Below, piece by piece: positions 10,335 to 20,460 of a stretch of 64,000 nucleotides of DNA. Under the pieces are notes generated by a model. That model ran no database searches and was not told the origin of the DNA. It was given only the letters and a program-made list of their open reading frames with translations. Source of the stretch: Bacteroidetes bacterium MED-G17 (GTDB lineage: Bacteria; Bacteroidota; Bacteroidia; NS11-12g; UBA9320); assembly GCA_002457675.1 (NCBI GenBank), contig NTKK01000004.1:91666-155665 (forward strand), in the 5' to 3' direction. Within the stretch, counting starts at the first letter, position 1, and the number at the start of each line of letters is the position of its first letter. Position numbers and translations under genes: made by a program.

Positions 10335-12569
10335 ATGGCAAATGGGTTAAACAATAAAGGAAAATTTGGAACTGCACCAGTTTTCCTAACAGCCATTAGC
10401 ACCATTTTAGGTGCTATCATGTTTCTACGATTTGGCTATGCGGTGGGCGCAGTAGGCATTTTGGGTACAATGCTCATTGTATTAATTGGGCATCTTGTTA
10501 CCATCCCAACGGCCTTATCGCTTGCTGAAATTGCAACCAATCAAAAAGTAGAGGGTGGCGGAGAGTACTTCGTAATCTCAAGAAGTTTTGGTTTAAGTAT
10601 TGGTGCAGCAGTTGGGATAGCGCTTTACCTATCTCAGGCAGTCAGTGTAGCTTTCTACATCATTGCATTTGCAGAAAGCTTCGCACCTTTAATGGATTTT
10701 GTGAACGAACAGTATGGATTGTGGATTCACATTGGAAGCACAAAAAAGCTGATAGGCATCGTTGTGACCTTGCTTTTGGCCCTACTTATGATCACAAAAG
10801 GTGCCAACTTCGGCATGGGACTTCTTTACATAGTAGTTGGTATATTGGCATTGGTTTTGGTTTTATTTTTTATGGGAACTTCCATACACACAGGCCATGT
10901 GCCTTTTAAAGTGCTTCAAAATGATAATTTCTTTAAAGTTTTTGCCATTATTTTTCCCGCATTTACAGGCATGACAGCAGGTGTAGGCTTATCAGGTGAT
11001 TTAAAAGATCCAAAAAGATCTATTCCTTTAGGAACTATTATGGCCACTGTTATTGGAATGATCATTTACTTGTTTATTACCCTTAAAATTGGCAATTCAG
11101 CCTCTTCAGAAGTCTTGATGTCTCCTGATAATCAATTGATCATGGGTGACATCGCCTTAATTGGCTACATTATGATACCCATTGGATTAGCCGCTTCAAC
11201 CATAAGCTCTGCGCTCGGAAGTGTCATGGTCGCACCAAGAACATTAAACGCCATAGCAGCTGATCGAATCATCCCCTCGCCTCGCTTAAATCGCTGGCTG
11301 GCATTTATAAAAAAAGACAACAATGAACCAACCCACGCAGCTATTGTAACAAGTGCTATTGCATTTGTTTTTGTTTTTCTAGGTGATGTTGATGTAGTAG
11401 CAAAAATTATTTCGATGTTTTTCATGGTTACCTATGGGGCATTAAATCTAATAAGTCTTTTAGAAAATTTCGCTGCTAACCCAGGCTATCGTCCTGCATT
11501 TAAAAGCAAGTGGTATATCTCTTTAATTGGAACAGTTATGTGCATTTGGCTAATGTTCAAAATGGATGCAGGCTACGCATTTTTATCTATAATCATCATG
11601 GTGGGGATTTATTACTTTTTAAACCGACATCAAAAGAAAAGTGATCTGGCCAGTATTTTTAGCGGAGTTATCTTTCAAATAAGCCGAAATATAAATGTTT
11701 TTTTACAGCGAGTAAACAAAGGTGAAGAAGAGCAAGTTGATAGCTGGAGGCCTTCTGTTGTGTGTGTTTCTAAAAATAGTTTTGAAAGATTTGCAGCTTT
11801 TGATTTGTTGAGATGGATTTCACATAGAATAGGCTTCGGAACTTATATTCATCATATAGATGGATACCTATCCAAAGAGACAAATGAAGAGGCACAAAGG
11901 TCTATGCAACGATTAATCCACATGAATGAGGTTTCTAAGAGTAGTGTTTATATGGATACATTGGTAAACTCGGAGTATGCTGCATCTGTTTCTCAAGTAT
12001 TACAACTACCTGGTGTTTCTGGCAAAGAAAACAACATGATGCTGTTTGAATATGCTAAAAACAAGCCCGATAATTTGGAAGAAGTTATTGAAAATTTAGG
12101 CTTGGTGAGGTCTGTAGGTTTTGATACGTGTATTTTAGGTAGTTCTGATAAAGACTTTGGATTCAATAATGAAATTCACGTTTGGATTACGTCAAATGAT
12201 TATGCCAATGCAAATCTTATGATCTACCTCGCTTATATCATTTTGGGACACCCGGACTGGAAAAATGGCCTTATTAAACTCCACGCAGTTTACCCCAAAG
12301 AGGAAATTGAAAACCAACGAGCGAAGATTATGGATATGGTAAATACAGGTCGCCTGCCTATATCAGCCAATAACATAGAAATTATTCCACTTGACCAAGA
12401 TCGAAGCATCAAAGATGTTGTAAATAGCAAATCGAAAGATGCAGATCTAACCATTTTGGGCTTCCGCTTTGAAAAAGTTAAAAATAGCGGTATGGAACAT
12501 TTTGGTGGATTTGAAGGCATCGGTGATACACTCTTTGTTAGCGCAATCAAAGAGAAAGAAATCAAATAG
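10335..12569 (+). CDS. APC-superfamily transporter, cation-chloride cotransporter (SLC12)-like
   Basis: ILGAIMFLRF, GGGEYFVISRSFG, FPAFTGMTAG, SGDLKDPKRSIPLGT, YRPAFK and WRP motifs, plus a large soluble C-terminal domain. Confidence 0.85.
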   Translation: MANGLNNKGKFGTAPVFLTAISTILGAIMFLRFGYAVGAVGILGTMLIVLIGHLVTIPTALSLAEIATNQKVEGGGEYFVISRSFGLSIGAAVGIALYLSQAVSVAFYIIAFAESFAPLMDFVNEQYGLWIHIGSTKKLIGIVVTLLLALLMITKGANFGMGLLYIVVGILALVLVLFFMGTSIHTGHVPFKVLQNDNFFKVFAIIFPAFTGMTAGVGLSGDLKDPKRSIPLGTIMATVIGMIIYLFITLKIGNSASSEVLMSPDNQLIMGDIALIGYIMIPIGLAASTISSALGSVMVAPRTLNAIAADRIIPSPRLNRWLAFIKKDNNEPTHAAIVTSAIAFVFVFLGDVDVVAKIISMFFMVTYGALNLISLLENFAANPGYRPAFKSKWYISLIGTVMCIWLMFKMDAGYAFLSIIIMVGIYYFLNRHQKKSDLASIFSGVIFQISRNINVFLQRVNKGEEEQVDSWRPSVVCVSKNSFERFAAFDLLRWISHRIGFGTYIHHIDGYLSKETNEEAQRSMQRLIHMNEVSKSSVYMDTLVNSEYAASVSQVLQLPGVSGKENNMMLFEYAKNKPDNLEEVIENLGLVRSVGFDTCILGSSDKDFGFNNEIHVWITSNDYANANLMIYLAYIILGHPDWKNGLIKLHAVYPKEEIENQRAKIMDMVNTGRLPISANNIEIIPLDQDRSIKDVVNSKSKDADLTILGFRFEKVKNSGMEHFGGFEGIGDTLFVSAIKEKEIK

Positions 12570-13848
12570 TCTTATTTCTCAGCTTCCAGAAGTAGTAAAA
12601 AGACTTTGGATTGAGCTTGTTTTTTTTCAGCTTCCTTCTTTTTCCAACATATATCCCATAAGGCACTTCCTTGAATTTTAGCAGCTCTGCAATTTCCATA
12701 TTTGAATACGCAATTGGCCAAGATATCTTGTCAAAATATTGCATTAGTCGCACTGTTTTGTGATCATCTCCATGGTTAAAAGTAATCAATTCTATTTCAC
12801 TAAATTCATTATTTATTTTATTTAGATATGTAGTGTCTTCTGTGGTAAGACTTTCCTTGTCCCAAAAGAAAAAATAACAGTTTTTTCGCCAAAACTTTTT
12901 ACTTTTTTGAATTTCTAACGCAAAATTGGTGTACTTAAACTTAGGAATTTTTTTGCCTAATGGCAAAACATTTGCTCCGACCATGTCAGGCAGGTATTGC
13001 AAAACTACTCTTCGACCATTTGAATCAATTTTTTTTACTTGATAAATCTTTTCATTCCACGCTAAATTGGCGTTTTTTGGTACCTTAGCTAACGTTTGGA
13101 AATCTTGTGTATTTACTTCTTTACCATAAGGCCCGATGTAGATCGCATCATATTCATTTTGATTAAAAAGACCATCGGTATTTCTGTCTTTTAGCGCTAA
13201 AGTAAAAGAATCATTGCCTAAACGATAATTTCCAGCAAGTGTGTTTAATCGAGTAGCTTGATAGCCAAAGTATATTTTACTGAATTTTTTGTTACCGCTA
13301 TGTTTTTCGTAGTGCTCTTGCAGCAAATTGTAATATCTAGGGTTTTTGGAGTATTCAATCTTTGACAACTTCACCACATGCTTTGCAGAAGAATTGTAGA
13401 TATTTTCTAGTTCAATAAAAATCTCTTTATCTTTTTTTAAAAAAACGATTGGTGGTCCATCGTCTGTAAGGTCCAAATTATTGTTTCGGTCAATATGCAG
13501 TACTCTATTTTTATACGAGGAATTGAAATGCTCAATTAGCATCAAAAGGTAACCTTGATTGGTATTATTATCTGCTCCAGAAAAGTATAGGAAAGTGTAT
13601 CCTGTTGACGCTGTCCTAAAGTTTTTCGGCAATTTTCTTATCTGAAGTGTGGGTAGGTTTTTTGCTGCAATACCAAATTTACTGTATGATTCAATCTTAT
13701 TGCCTTCGTAGTGAAATACAGGAAGTACAGCTTGACTTTTTCTAATTTGGTCATCATAAACCCTGTGGTCTAAATGAATTTCAAAATTGGTCTGCGCCGA
13801 TAAGGTTCCAACCAAACAAAATAGCAGGATGGTGAACCCTTTTGTCAT
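12562..13848 (-). CDS. Exported hypothetical protein with a C-terminal thioredoxin-like (TlpA-like) domain lacking CxxC
   Basis: Signal peptide; DRNNNLDLTDDG and DRNTDG loops; GKKIPKF...FFFW...ISWP...VPYGIYV pattern. Confidence 0.55.
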   Translation of the reverse strand: MTKGFTILLFCLVGTLSAQTNFEIHLDHRVYDDQIRKSQAVLPVFHYEGNKIESYSKFGIAAKNLPTLQIRKLPKNFRTASTGYTFLYFSGADNNTNQGYLLMLIEHFNSSYKNRVLHIDRNNNLDLTDDGPPIVFLKKDKEIFIELENIYNSSAKHVVKLSKIEYSKNPRYYNLLQEHYEKHSGNKKFSKIYFGYQATRLNTLAGNYRLGNDSFTLALKDRNTDGLFNQNEYDAIYIGPYGKEVNTQDFQTLAKVPKNANLAWNEKIYQVKKIDSNGRRVVLQYLPDMVGANVLPLGKKIPKFKYTNFALEIQKSKKFWRKNCYFFFWDKESLTTEDTTYLNKINNEFSEIELITFNHGDDHKTVRLMQYFDKISWPIAYSNMEIAELLKFKEVPYGIYVGKRRKLKKNKLNPKSFYYFWKLRNKTI

Positions 13849-13849
13849 T

Positions 13850-14533
13850 TTACCTTCTGTTTAGGTAAATTGAAATATAATAAAGTAAGGTAGCTAAGGA
13901 ACCTATTGCAGCAACTACATAAGTCATCGCAGCCCATTTCAGAGCATTTTTACTCATGCTATGTTCTTGAGAAGTCACGATACCCTTCTCGTCTATCCAT
14001 GCAAGCGCCCTTCTACTAGCATCAAATTCTACAGGAAGCGTAATGAAACTAAAAAGTGTTGTTAAAGCAAACAAAATGATGCCCAAAAGAAGAATAGAAG
14101 AGCCAAGAGGCATATTTAACATCAATAAACCAGCTATGATAACCCACTGCATATATCGGGAACTTACACTAACCAAAGGCACCAACTTACTTCTCATTTC
14201 GAGCCAAGCGTAAGCGGTAGCATGTTGCACTGCGTGACCAACCTCGTGCGCTGCAACAGCTGCAGAAGCTGCATTTCTTTGATGATATACTGATTCACTA
14301 AGATTTACTGTTTTTGTTTTTGGATTGTAGTGATCCGTTAGCTGCCCATTGACTTGTACTACTTGAACATCATAAATGCCATGATCTTGGAGCATCTGTT
14401 CAGCAATTTCACGACCGCTTCTGTTGCTTCTTAAGGGGGTTTGTGCATATTTTTTAAACTTAGACTTCAAGCGCCCTTGAACAATCATACTTATCAGCAT
14501 GAAAACTATTCCTATTAAATACATTCCACTCAT
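13850..14533 (-). CDS. Membrane zinc metallopeptidase, YugP family
   Basis: LTDHYNP, AAHEVGHAVQH (HExxH), LPVEFDASRRAL, AAMTYV. Confidence 0.93.
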   Translation of the reverse strand: MSGMYLIGIVFMLISMIVQGRLKSKFKKYAQTPLRSNRSGREIAEQMLQDHGIYDVQVVQVNGQLTDHYNPKTKTVNLSESVYHQRNAASAAVAAHEVGHAVQHATAYAWLEMRSKLVPLVSVSSRYMQWVIIAGLLMLNMPLGSSILLLGIILFALTTLFSFITLPVEFDASRRALAWIDEKGIVTSQEHSMSKNALKWAAMTYVVAAIGSLATLLYYISIYLNRR

Positions 14534-14574
14534 TATGTTATAAACAGCAAATATTGTTCTTTATTGAGAATATG

Positions 14575-14736
14575 TCAGCTTGTCATATATCTTATCATCA
14601 AAACTACCAGTGCTGCAACAAAAATCAGCAGAGATATTTTATTGATGCCATGCATCATCTTGATGTTGACGTTGTCTGTATTTTCTTCTTCCTTTCTAAA
14701 GCTTAGATAGCCGAGTATTTTTTTGATTACTTTCAT
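14575..14736 (-). CDS. Small membrane protein, 53 aa (resembles Bacteroidota DUF6728 family)
   Basis: Below the ORF-track cutoff; ATGA overlap with the purD stop; MKVIKKILGYLSFRKEEENTDNVNIKMMHGINKISLLIFVAALVVLMIRYMTS. Confidence 0.75.
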   Translation of the reverse strand: MKVIKKILGYLSFRKEEENTDNVNIKMMHGINKISLLIFVAALVVLMIRYMTS

Positions 14737-15995
14737 AATATATCTTTACCAATATCTTTTCTGTAATAACAATCTTCGAATGAAACCTGCTTGAGTTGCT
14801 GATAACATTTTTTCAAAGCATCTTCTTGGTTCAATCCAAATGAAGTGCTAGACAAAACCCGCCCACCATTCGTAAGCAACTTATTATCAACTATTTTAGT
14901 GCCTGCATGAAAGATTATTTCGTCAACTTCATTAATTGTAATCTCTTTAAATTTTTTATAGGCTTCTGGATAACCGCCACTTACTGCCACCACAGAACAA
15001 CAAGAAGTTGGACTTATCTCTAAATTAAGCGCGTTCAATGTGCCATTTTTAACTGCTAAAAGCATGTTGCTTGCAGGAGTTACAATTCTAGGTAAAACAG
15101 ATTGGGTTTCAGGATCTCCCATTCGAGCATTGTATTCAATAACATATGGTTCACCATCTACCTCGATCATTCCAAAAAACAAGAAACCACAATAATTTAA
15201 CTTTCGGTCTTGAATGCCTTTGAGTGTTGGTTCTATAATCTGTTTTTCAACTTTTTCTTTCAACTTATTGTTAAAAAAAGGAACTGGGCTAATACTTCCC
15301 ATACCACCTGTATTCAGCCCTGTATCACCCTCTCCTATTCTTTTGTAGTCTTTAGCCTCGGGCAACAAAAGATAGTCTTTCCCGTTGGTGAAAATGAAGA
15401 CTGAAAATTCTTTGCCAAGCAAAAAAGCTTCAATAAGCACTCTCTCTGAGGCAAGGCCAAATCTTTGGTTAATTAACATGTCTTGAAGTGCATTTTTTGC
15501 CTTATTCAAATCTTCTATTATGAGCACACCTTTTCCTGCGGCTAAGCCGTCCGCTTTAAGAACATAGGGCGCGGTCATGCCCTCTAGAAATGCATAAGCT
15601 TCATCCAAATTGTGTGCATCAAACGACCTGCTTTTCGCACAAGGCACTTTATATTGACGCATAAATTCTTTTGAAAATGATTTGCTCGCTTCAAGCATGG
15701 CTCCAGACTTGTGTGGGCCAAGGACAAAAGTTTCGCTTTGCTTACTTGAGAAATAATCTGCTATTCCATCTACCAAGGGTTGTTCAGGACCAGGAATCAA
15801 AAAATCGATTCCTCTTTGCTTACAAAATGAAAAAATTTCCTCAAAACTGTTATCCGAAAATTCAACAGACTCCGCCAAATCGCCTGTTCCACCATTGCCG
15901 GGAGAAACCCACAATTTCGCTATATTTTCATCTTTAGAGAGCCAATGCAACAAGGCATGTTCGCGGCCACCGCTACCCAAAACCAGTATCTTCAT
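14733..15995 (-). CDS. purD: Phosphoribosylamine--glycine ligase
   Basis: LGSGGREHAL, KADGLAAGKGV, GLNTGGMG, EYNARMGDPE, YYRKDIG. Confidence 0.98.
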   Translation of the reverse strand: MKILVLGSGGREHALLHWLSKDENIAKLWVSPGNGGTGDLAESVEFSDNSFEEIFSFCKQRGIDFLIPGPEQPLVDGIADYFSSKQSETFVLGPHKSGAMLEASKSFSKEFMRQYKVPCAKSRSFDAHNLDEAYAFLEGMTAPYVLKADGLAAGKGVLIIEDLNKAKNALQDMLINQRFGLASERVLIEAFLLGKEFSVFIFTNGKDYLLLPEAKDYKRIGEGDTGLNTGGMGSISPVPFFNNKLKEKVEKQIIEPTLKGIQDRKLNYCGFLFFGMIEVDGEPYVIEYNARMGDPETQSVLPRIVTPASNMLLAVKNGTLNALNLEISPTSCCSVVAVSGGYPEAYKKFKEITINEVDEIIFHAGTKIVDNKLLTNGGRVLSSTSFGLNQEDALKKCYQQLKQVSFEDCYYRKDIGKDIL

Positions 15996-16032
15996 TTTTA
16001 AAAACTCAAATAAAACATTTTTACAAGAATGC

Positions 16033-16049
16033 TTGGCACAATTTGTGCA
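16033..16049 (+). promoter_or_regulatory. Putative sigma-54 (-24/-12) promoter upstream of secA
   Basis: TTGGCACAATTTGTGCA: GG and GC separated by exactly 10 nt, about 45 nt before the secA ATG. Confidence 0.5.
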
Positions 16050-16093
16050 TCCTTTTATTAGGTTTGTAGTTCCCTTCGGAACAAGTTAAAGGC

Positions 16094-19000
16094 ATGATAG
16101 GAAAGCTGTTAAAAGGTATTACAGGATTCAAAAATAAATCAGAAAGAGACGTAAAAAATCTCCAACCGATTGTAGACGAAATTAACCAACATTATATTGA
16201 ATATCAAGGTCTTGACAATGATTCTCTACGTAAAAAAACAGAAGAATTGAGGTCCATTATCGCAAAAAAACTTGGTGAAACTGATGCCCAAATACAAGAC
16301 TTAAAATCAAAAATAAAACTTGAGTGGGCCTCCAATGTTGAAGAAAAAGAACAAGCTTACGAGCAAATAGACAAATTGGAGGACGATAGAAACGACCTAT
16401 TGGAAGAAGTTCTCGAAGAAATTTTACCCCAAGCCTTTGCGATTATAAAGGCCACTGCAAGAAGATTCAAAGAACTTGATGAAATAGAAGTTCGTGCAAC
16501 GGACTTTGACAAGGTTCTTGCTCTGGAAAAAAAACACATCACAATTAGAGGAGATAAAGCCATTTATCAAAATGAATGGGAAGCGGCAGGTGCATTAGTC
16601 AAATGGAATATGATTCATTACGATGTTCAACTAATAGGCGGCATTTCTTTGCACCAAGGTAAAATAGCAGAAATGGCAACTGGTGAAGGAAAAACCCTTG
16701 TATCTACATTGCCGGCTTACCTCAATGCGCTCGCCGGTCGTGGTGTACATATAGTAACAGTAAACGACTACCTTGCACGTAGAGATTGCGAATGGAATGC
16801 ACCTATATTTCAATTTCATGGGCTACGTGTTGACTGTATTGATTATTATAAGCCGCACTCTCCTCAAAGAAGAGAAGCTTATAAAGCAGATATAACTTAT
16901 GGAACCAATAATGAGTTTGGTTTTGACTACCTGCGCGACAACATGGCACATCAACCGGACGAATTGGTTCAAAGAAAGCATCACTACGCCATGATAGATG
17001 AGGTAGACTCTGTACTGGTTGACGATGCTCGAACGCCGCTCATCATCTCTGGCCCTGTGGAAAAAGGAGACCAGCACCAATTTATGGACCTCAAACCAAG
17101 AATTCAAAAGCTGGTAGATGCACAAAAAAGAATAGCTGTAAAAAGCTTAAACGAGGCAAAAAAGCTAATCAAAGAAAATAAAACGGGAGAAAAAGACGGA
17201 GGTCTTCATCTGTATAGAGCTTTTAGAGGGCTCCCAAAAAATAACGCACTTATCAAGTTTTTAAGCGAAACAGGAATGCGCACACTCTTGCAAAAAAATG
17301 AAAACTATTTTCTGCAAGACCAACAAAAAAATATGCACATCATTGACGAAGAACTTTTCTTTACAATAGATGAGAAGAACAACCAAGTAGAGCTCACAGA
17401 CAAAGGCGTGGAAATGATTACAAAGGAAGGAGAAGACAAAGACTTTTTTGTGATGACAGATGTAGGCGCAGAGATGGCAGAATTAGAAAAAGAAAGTCTT
17501 TCGGAAAAAGACAAAATCAAAAGAAAAGATGCAATCATGCGTGACTTTTCAGTAAAAAGCGAGCGCATTCACTCTGTCAACCAACTTCTTAAAGCTTACA
17601 CCCTATTTGAAAAAGATGTAGAATATATTTTACAAGACAACAAAGTAAAAATCGTAGATGAACAAACAGGTAGGGTTATGGAGGGGCGAAGATATTCCGA
17701 TGGACTTCACCAAGCCATTGAAGCAAAAGAAAATGTAAAAGTCGAAGCTGCTTCTCAAACTTACGCAACTGTTACATTACAAAACTACTTTAGAATGTAC
17801 CACAAACTCTCGGGTATGACAGGTACTGCCGAAACAGAGGCTGGGGAGTTTTGGGAAATTTATAAACTTGACGTTGTAGTCATCCCAACAAATAAACCTA
17901 TCGTGCGTGATGACCGACACGATTTGGTTTACAAAACCAAACGTGAAAAATATAATGCAGTAATAGAGGAAGTGAAAAAACTAAGTGCAGAAGGTAGACC
18001 CACCTTGGTTGGAACAACATCTGTAGAAGTATCAGAAACACTAAGTAGAATGCTGAAACTACGGAAAATAAAACACAATGTTTTGAATGCCAAGCAACAT
18101 CAACGCGAAGCAGAAATCGTGGCAGAAGCAGGAAAAAAAGGTGCAGTGACCATAGCAACCAATATGGCGGGAAGGGGTACCGACATCAAACTTTCAGACG
18201 AAATAAAGTCTCTCGGAGGCTTAGCCATCATTGGTACAGAGAGACATGATTCACGACGAGTGGATCGCCAATTAAGAGGTCGTTCAGGAAGACAAGGTGA
18301 TCCTGGAAGTTCGCAGTTTTACGTCAGTCTTGAAGACAACCTTATGCGTCTTTTTGGCTCCGAAAGAGTAAGTAATATCATGGATAGATTTGGTTATGAG
18401 GAAGGAGAAGTAATCCAGCACTCAATGATTACCAAAACCATTGAAAGATCCCAGAAAAAAGTTGAAAATAACAACTTCGGCATAAGAAAAAGACTGCTCG
18501 AATACGACGACGTTATGAACAAGCAAAGAGAAGTTATTTATGCAAGAAGACGAAATGCTTTGTATGGAGAACGCATGTCGGTTGATATTAACAATGCACT
18601 TTATGATTGGGTTGCAGAAACCGTCCCCAATTTTAAGGATGCCTCTGACTTTGAAGGCTTTCAACTAGAAGTTTTAAGAAACCTGGCATTGGAAACACAA
18701 ATAAATCATGACGATTTTTTAAATAAAAATGAAGAAACGCTAACCCAATTGGTTTTCAATCAGCTTTCTCAAGGATATCAAAGAAAAAATGAGCAGGTTA
18801 TTGAAGAAGCGCTGCCGGTTATTTCCAATATTTTCAAACAAAACAAAGAAGAAGCCGAAAATATAGTTGTTCCATTTTCAGATGGCATCAAAGGGGTTAA
18901 TGTAGTGACGCCTATGAAAGAAGCTATAGAAACTGAGGGACAAGCACTCATTAATGCTTTTGAAAAATTTGTTGCACTATCAAGTATAGACAATCACTGG

Positions 19001-19408
19001 AAAGAGCATCTCCGAGAGCTTGATGACTTAAAACAGGCAGCCAATACAGCCAGTTATGAACAAAAAGATCCTTTATTAATTTACAAACTAGAATCCTTTA
19101 ACCTGTTCAAATCTATGATGTATGAACTAAATGGCGAAGTATTGTCTATGTTGTTTAAAGGAAACTTACCAAAGCAATCTCCTCAAGTACAACAAGGTGC
19201 AAACCAGGGCAAAAGACTCAGCGATAGTAGGCTGCAAACCTCTAGGAAGAGTGATTTACCCACAGCACAAAACCAAACTCAAGACAATAGCCAAACACAG
19301 GAAAAAGAAAAAATACCAGTAAAGGCTGCAACCAAAGTGGGCAGAAACGATCCTTGTCCTTGTGGCAGTGGGAAGAAATACAAAAAATGCCATGGTGCAA
19401 ATGCTTAG
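16094..19408 (+). CDS. secA: Preprotein translocase ATPase SecA (long Bacteroidota type, SEC-C tail)
   Basis: [55 protein letters not shown]. Confidence 0.99.
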   Translation: MIGKLLKGITGFKNKSERDVKNLQPIVDEINQHYIEYQGLDNDSLRKKTEELRSIIAKKLGETDAQIQDLKSKIKLEWASNVEEKEQAYEQIDKLEDDRNDLLEEVLEEILPQAFAIIKATARRFKELDEIEVRATDFDKVLALEKKHITIRGDKAIYQNEWEAAGALVKWNMIHYDVQLIGGISLHQGKIAEMATGEGKTLVSTLPAYLNALAGRGVHIVTVNDYLARRDCEWNAPIFQFHGLRVDCIDYYKPHSPQRREAYKADITYGTNNEFGFDYLRDNMAHQPDELVQRKHHYAMIDEVDSVLVDDARTPLIISGPVEKGDQHQFMDLKPRIQKLVDAQKRIAVKSLNEAKKLIKENKTGEKDGGLHLYRAFRGLPKNNALIKFLSETGMRTLLQKNENYFLQDQQKNMHIIDEELFFTIDEKNNQVELTDKGVEMITKEGEDKDFFVMTDVGAEMAELEKESLSEKDKIKRKDAIMRDFSVKSERIHSVNQLLKAYTLFEKDVEYILQDNKVKIVDEQTGRVMEGRRYSDGLHQAIEAKENVKVEAASQTYATVTLQNYFRMYHKLSGMTGTAETEAGEFWEIYKLDVVVIPTNKPIVRDDRHDLVYKTKREKYNAVIEEVKKLSAEGRPTLVGTTSVEVSETLSRMLKLRKIKHNVLNAKQHQREAEIVAEAGKKGAVTIATNMAGRGTDIKLSDEIKSLGGLAIIGTERHDSRRVDRQLRGRSGRQGDPGSSQFYVSLEDNLMRLFGSERVSNIMDRFGYEEGEVIQHSMITKTIERSQKKVENNNFGIRKRLLEYDDVMNKQREVIYARRRNALYGERMSVDINNALYDWVAETVPNFKDASDFEGFQLEVLRNLALETQINHDDFLNKNEETLTQLVFNQLSQGYQRKNEQVIEEALPVISNIFKQNKEEAENIVVPFSDGIKGVNVVTPMKEAIETEGQALINAFEKFVALSSIDNHWKEHLRELDDLKQAANTASYEQKDPLLIYKLESFNLFKSMMYELNGEVLSMLFKGNLPKQSPQVQQGANQGKRLSDSRLQTSRKSDLPTAQNQTQDNSQTQEKEKIPVKAATKVGRNDPCPCGSGKKYKKCHGANA

Positions 19409-19784
19409 GTACTGCTTTATCATATTGTTTTATTTACCTTATCTATTGTCGGCACAGCAAATTCGCTTCCACGAATCACCGGGCCTAAAACTTGCCCTAG
19501 AACAAAAAATTTCATCTACAGATTCCACCTCTATTGATGGTTTTCGGATTCAAATATTTTCGGGCAATAACCGACAAAATGCAGACAAAATTCAAGAAGA
19601 ACTTATTGCGGAATTCCCAGAATTTTTAGGTCGAACCTATCTAAAATACCAGGCACCCAACTATAAAATAAGAGTGGGTAATTACTACCAAGAAATTGAT
19701 GCTCAACGAGATTTAAAAAATCTGGAAAAAAAATATGAAGGGATTTTTGTGGTGCGTGAACAAATTCGTCTTCCCAAACGCTAA
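19401..19784 (+). CDS. SPOR domain protein
   Basis: ATG at 19401 gives a signal peptide; GFRIQIFSG...[10 protein letters not shown]. Confidence 0.8.
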   Translation: MLRYCFIILFYLPYLLSAQQIRFHESPGLKLALEQKISSTDSTSIDGFRIQIFSGNNRQNADKIQEELIAEFPEFLGRTYLKYQAPNYKIRVGNYYQEIDAQRDLKNLEKKYEGIFVVREQIRLPKR

Positions 19785-19798
19785 ATAAAAAACGAAGT

Positions 19799-20161
19799 AT
19801 GACTTTCGCCATAATCGCACACGATGGAAAAAAGCCTGAGATGGTCGACTTCTTACTAAACAATAAGGATCACCTAAAAGGGATTAACCTTTTAGCCACC
19901 TCCACGACTGGTAGTCATGTAGAAGAAATGGGACTTGATGTACAAAAAATGATGAGCGGCCCCCTAGGGGGTGATGCACAAATAGCTGCCCAAGTAGCAC
20001 AAAATAAAGTTGATGCAGTATTTTTTTTTCGTGACCCTATGGGAAAGCATCCTCACGAACCTGATGTGCAAATGCTACTTAGATTATGCGATGTACACAA
20101 CATTCCACTAGCTACCAACCCAGCAAGCGCGCAATACATTTTAAAAGGTTTGATACGGTAA
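19799..20161 (+). CDS. mgsA: Methylglyoxal synthase
   Basis: IAHDGKK, SGPLGGDAQI, DPMGKHPHEPDV, HNIPLATN. Confidence 0.97.
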   Translation: MTFAIIAHDGKKPEMVDFLLNNKDHLKGINLLATSTTGSHVEEMGLDVQKMMSGPLGGDAQIAAQVAQNKVDAVFFFRDPMGKHPHEPDVQMLLRLCDVHNIPLATNPASAQYILKGLIR

Positions 20162-20176
20162 AAGGAAACAAATAAT

Positions 20177-20184
20177 TACTTTTG
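20177..20184 (+). promoter_or_regulatory. -7 promoter element for tRNA-Met
   Basis: TACTTTTG matches TAnnTTTG, 11 nt before the tRNA. Confidence 0.6.
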
Positions 20185-20195
20185 CCAAACAATTT

Positions 20196-20269
20196 GGCGA
20201 GGTAGCTCAGATGGTTAGAGCGCAGGATTCATAACCCTGAGGTCGGCAGTTCGATTCTGCTCCTCGCTA
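20196..20269 (+). tRNA. tRNA-Met(CAT), elongator type
   Basis: GGCGAGG/CCTCGCT acceptor stem, anticodon arm CAGGA-TTCATAA-CCCTG, T-arm GGCAGTTCGATTCTGCT; CCA not encoded. Confidence 0.96.
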
Positions 20270-20339
20270 CAGCGAAGCGATTTATCGAACTATTTATTCG
20301 GTAATTTGGTATAAAGATTCGATAACAGTTTCAAAGAGT
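20267..20339 (+). repeat. 73-bp structured repeat, copy A (overlaps the tRNA-Met 3' end)
   Basis: CTACAGCGAAGCGATTTATCGAACTATTTATTCGGTAATTTGGTATAAAGATTCGATAACAGTTTCAAAGAGT followed by CTAC; internal TTATCGAA/TTCGATAA inverted repeat. Confidence 0.95.
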
Positions 20340-20354
20340 CTACACAATTAAGCC

Positions 20355-20393
20355 CTGCAACTACTTGATTTTTACATGTTTGCAGTTTTTTTT
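20355..20393 (+). terminator. Possible terminator after tRNA-Met and repeat copy A
   Basis: CTGCAA...TTGCAG followed by 8 T; long loop, so weak. Confidence 0.35.
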
Positions 20394-20460
20394 ATTTGAG
20401 TATAGAAACATATCGGGATCATTTTGATATTCTACGACTTCTCTGACAGAACCAATAATT

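Noticed and set aside
14547..14585. TGACA-N3-TGACA repeat plus a sigma-54-like AAGAACAATATTTGC upstream of the zinc metallopeptidase
   Set aside because: The invariant -24 GG is missing and the repeat overlaps the end of the small ORF; too weak to call
16094..19408. Unusual length of SecA (1104 aa) as an intein or fusion
   Set aside because: No intein motifs; long SecA with insertions is normal for Bacteroidota
20267..20339. Repeat as a degenerate tRNA (tRNA-like length, contains TTCGA)
   Set aside because: It folds as one rod, not a cloverleaf; TTCGA lies in a stem, not a T-loop; no similarity to tRNA-Met beyond CTAC
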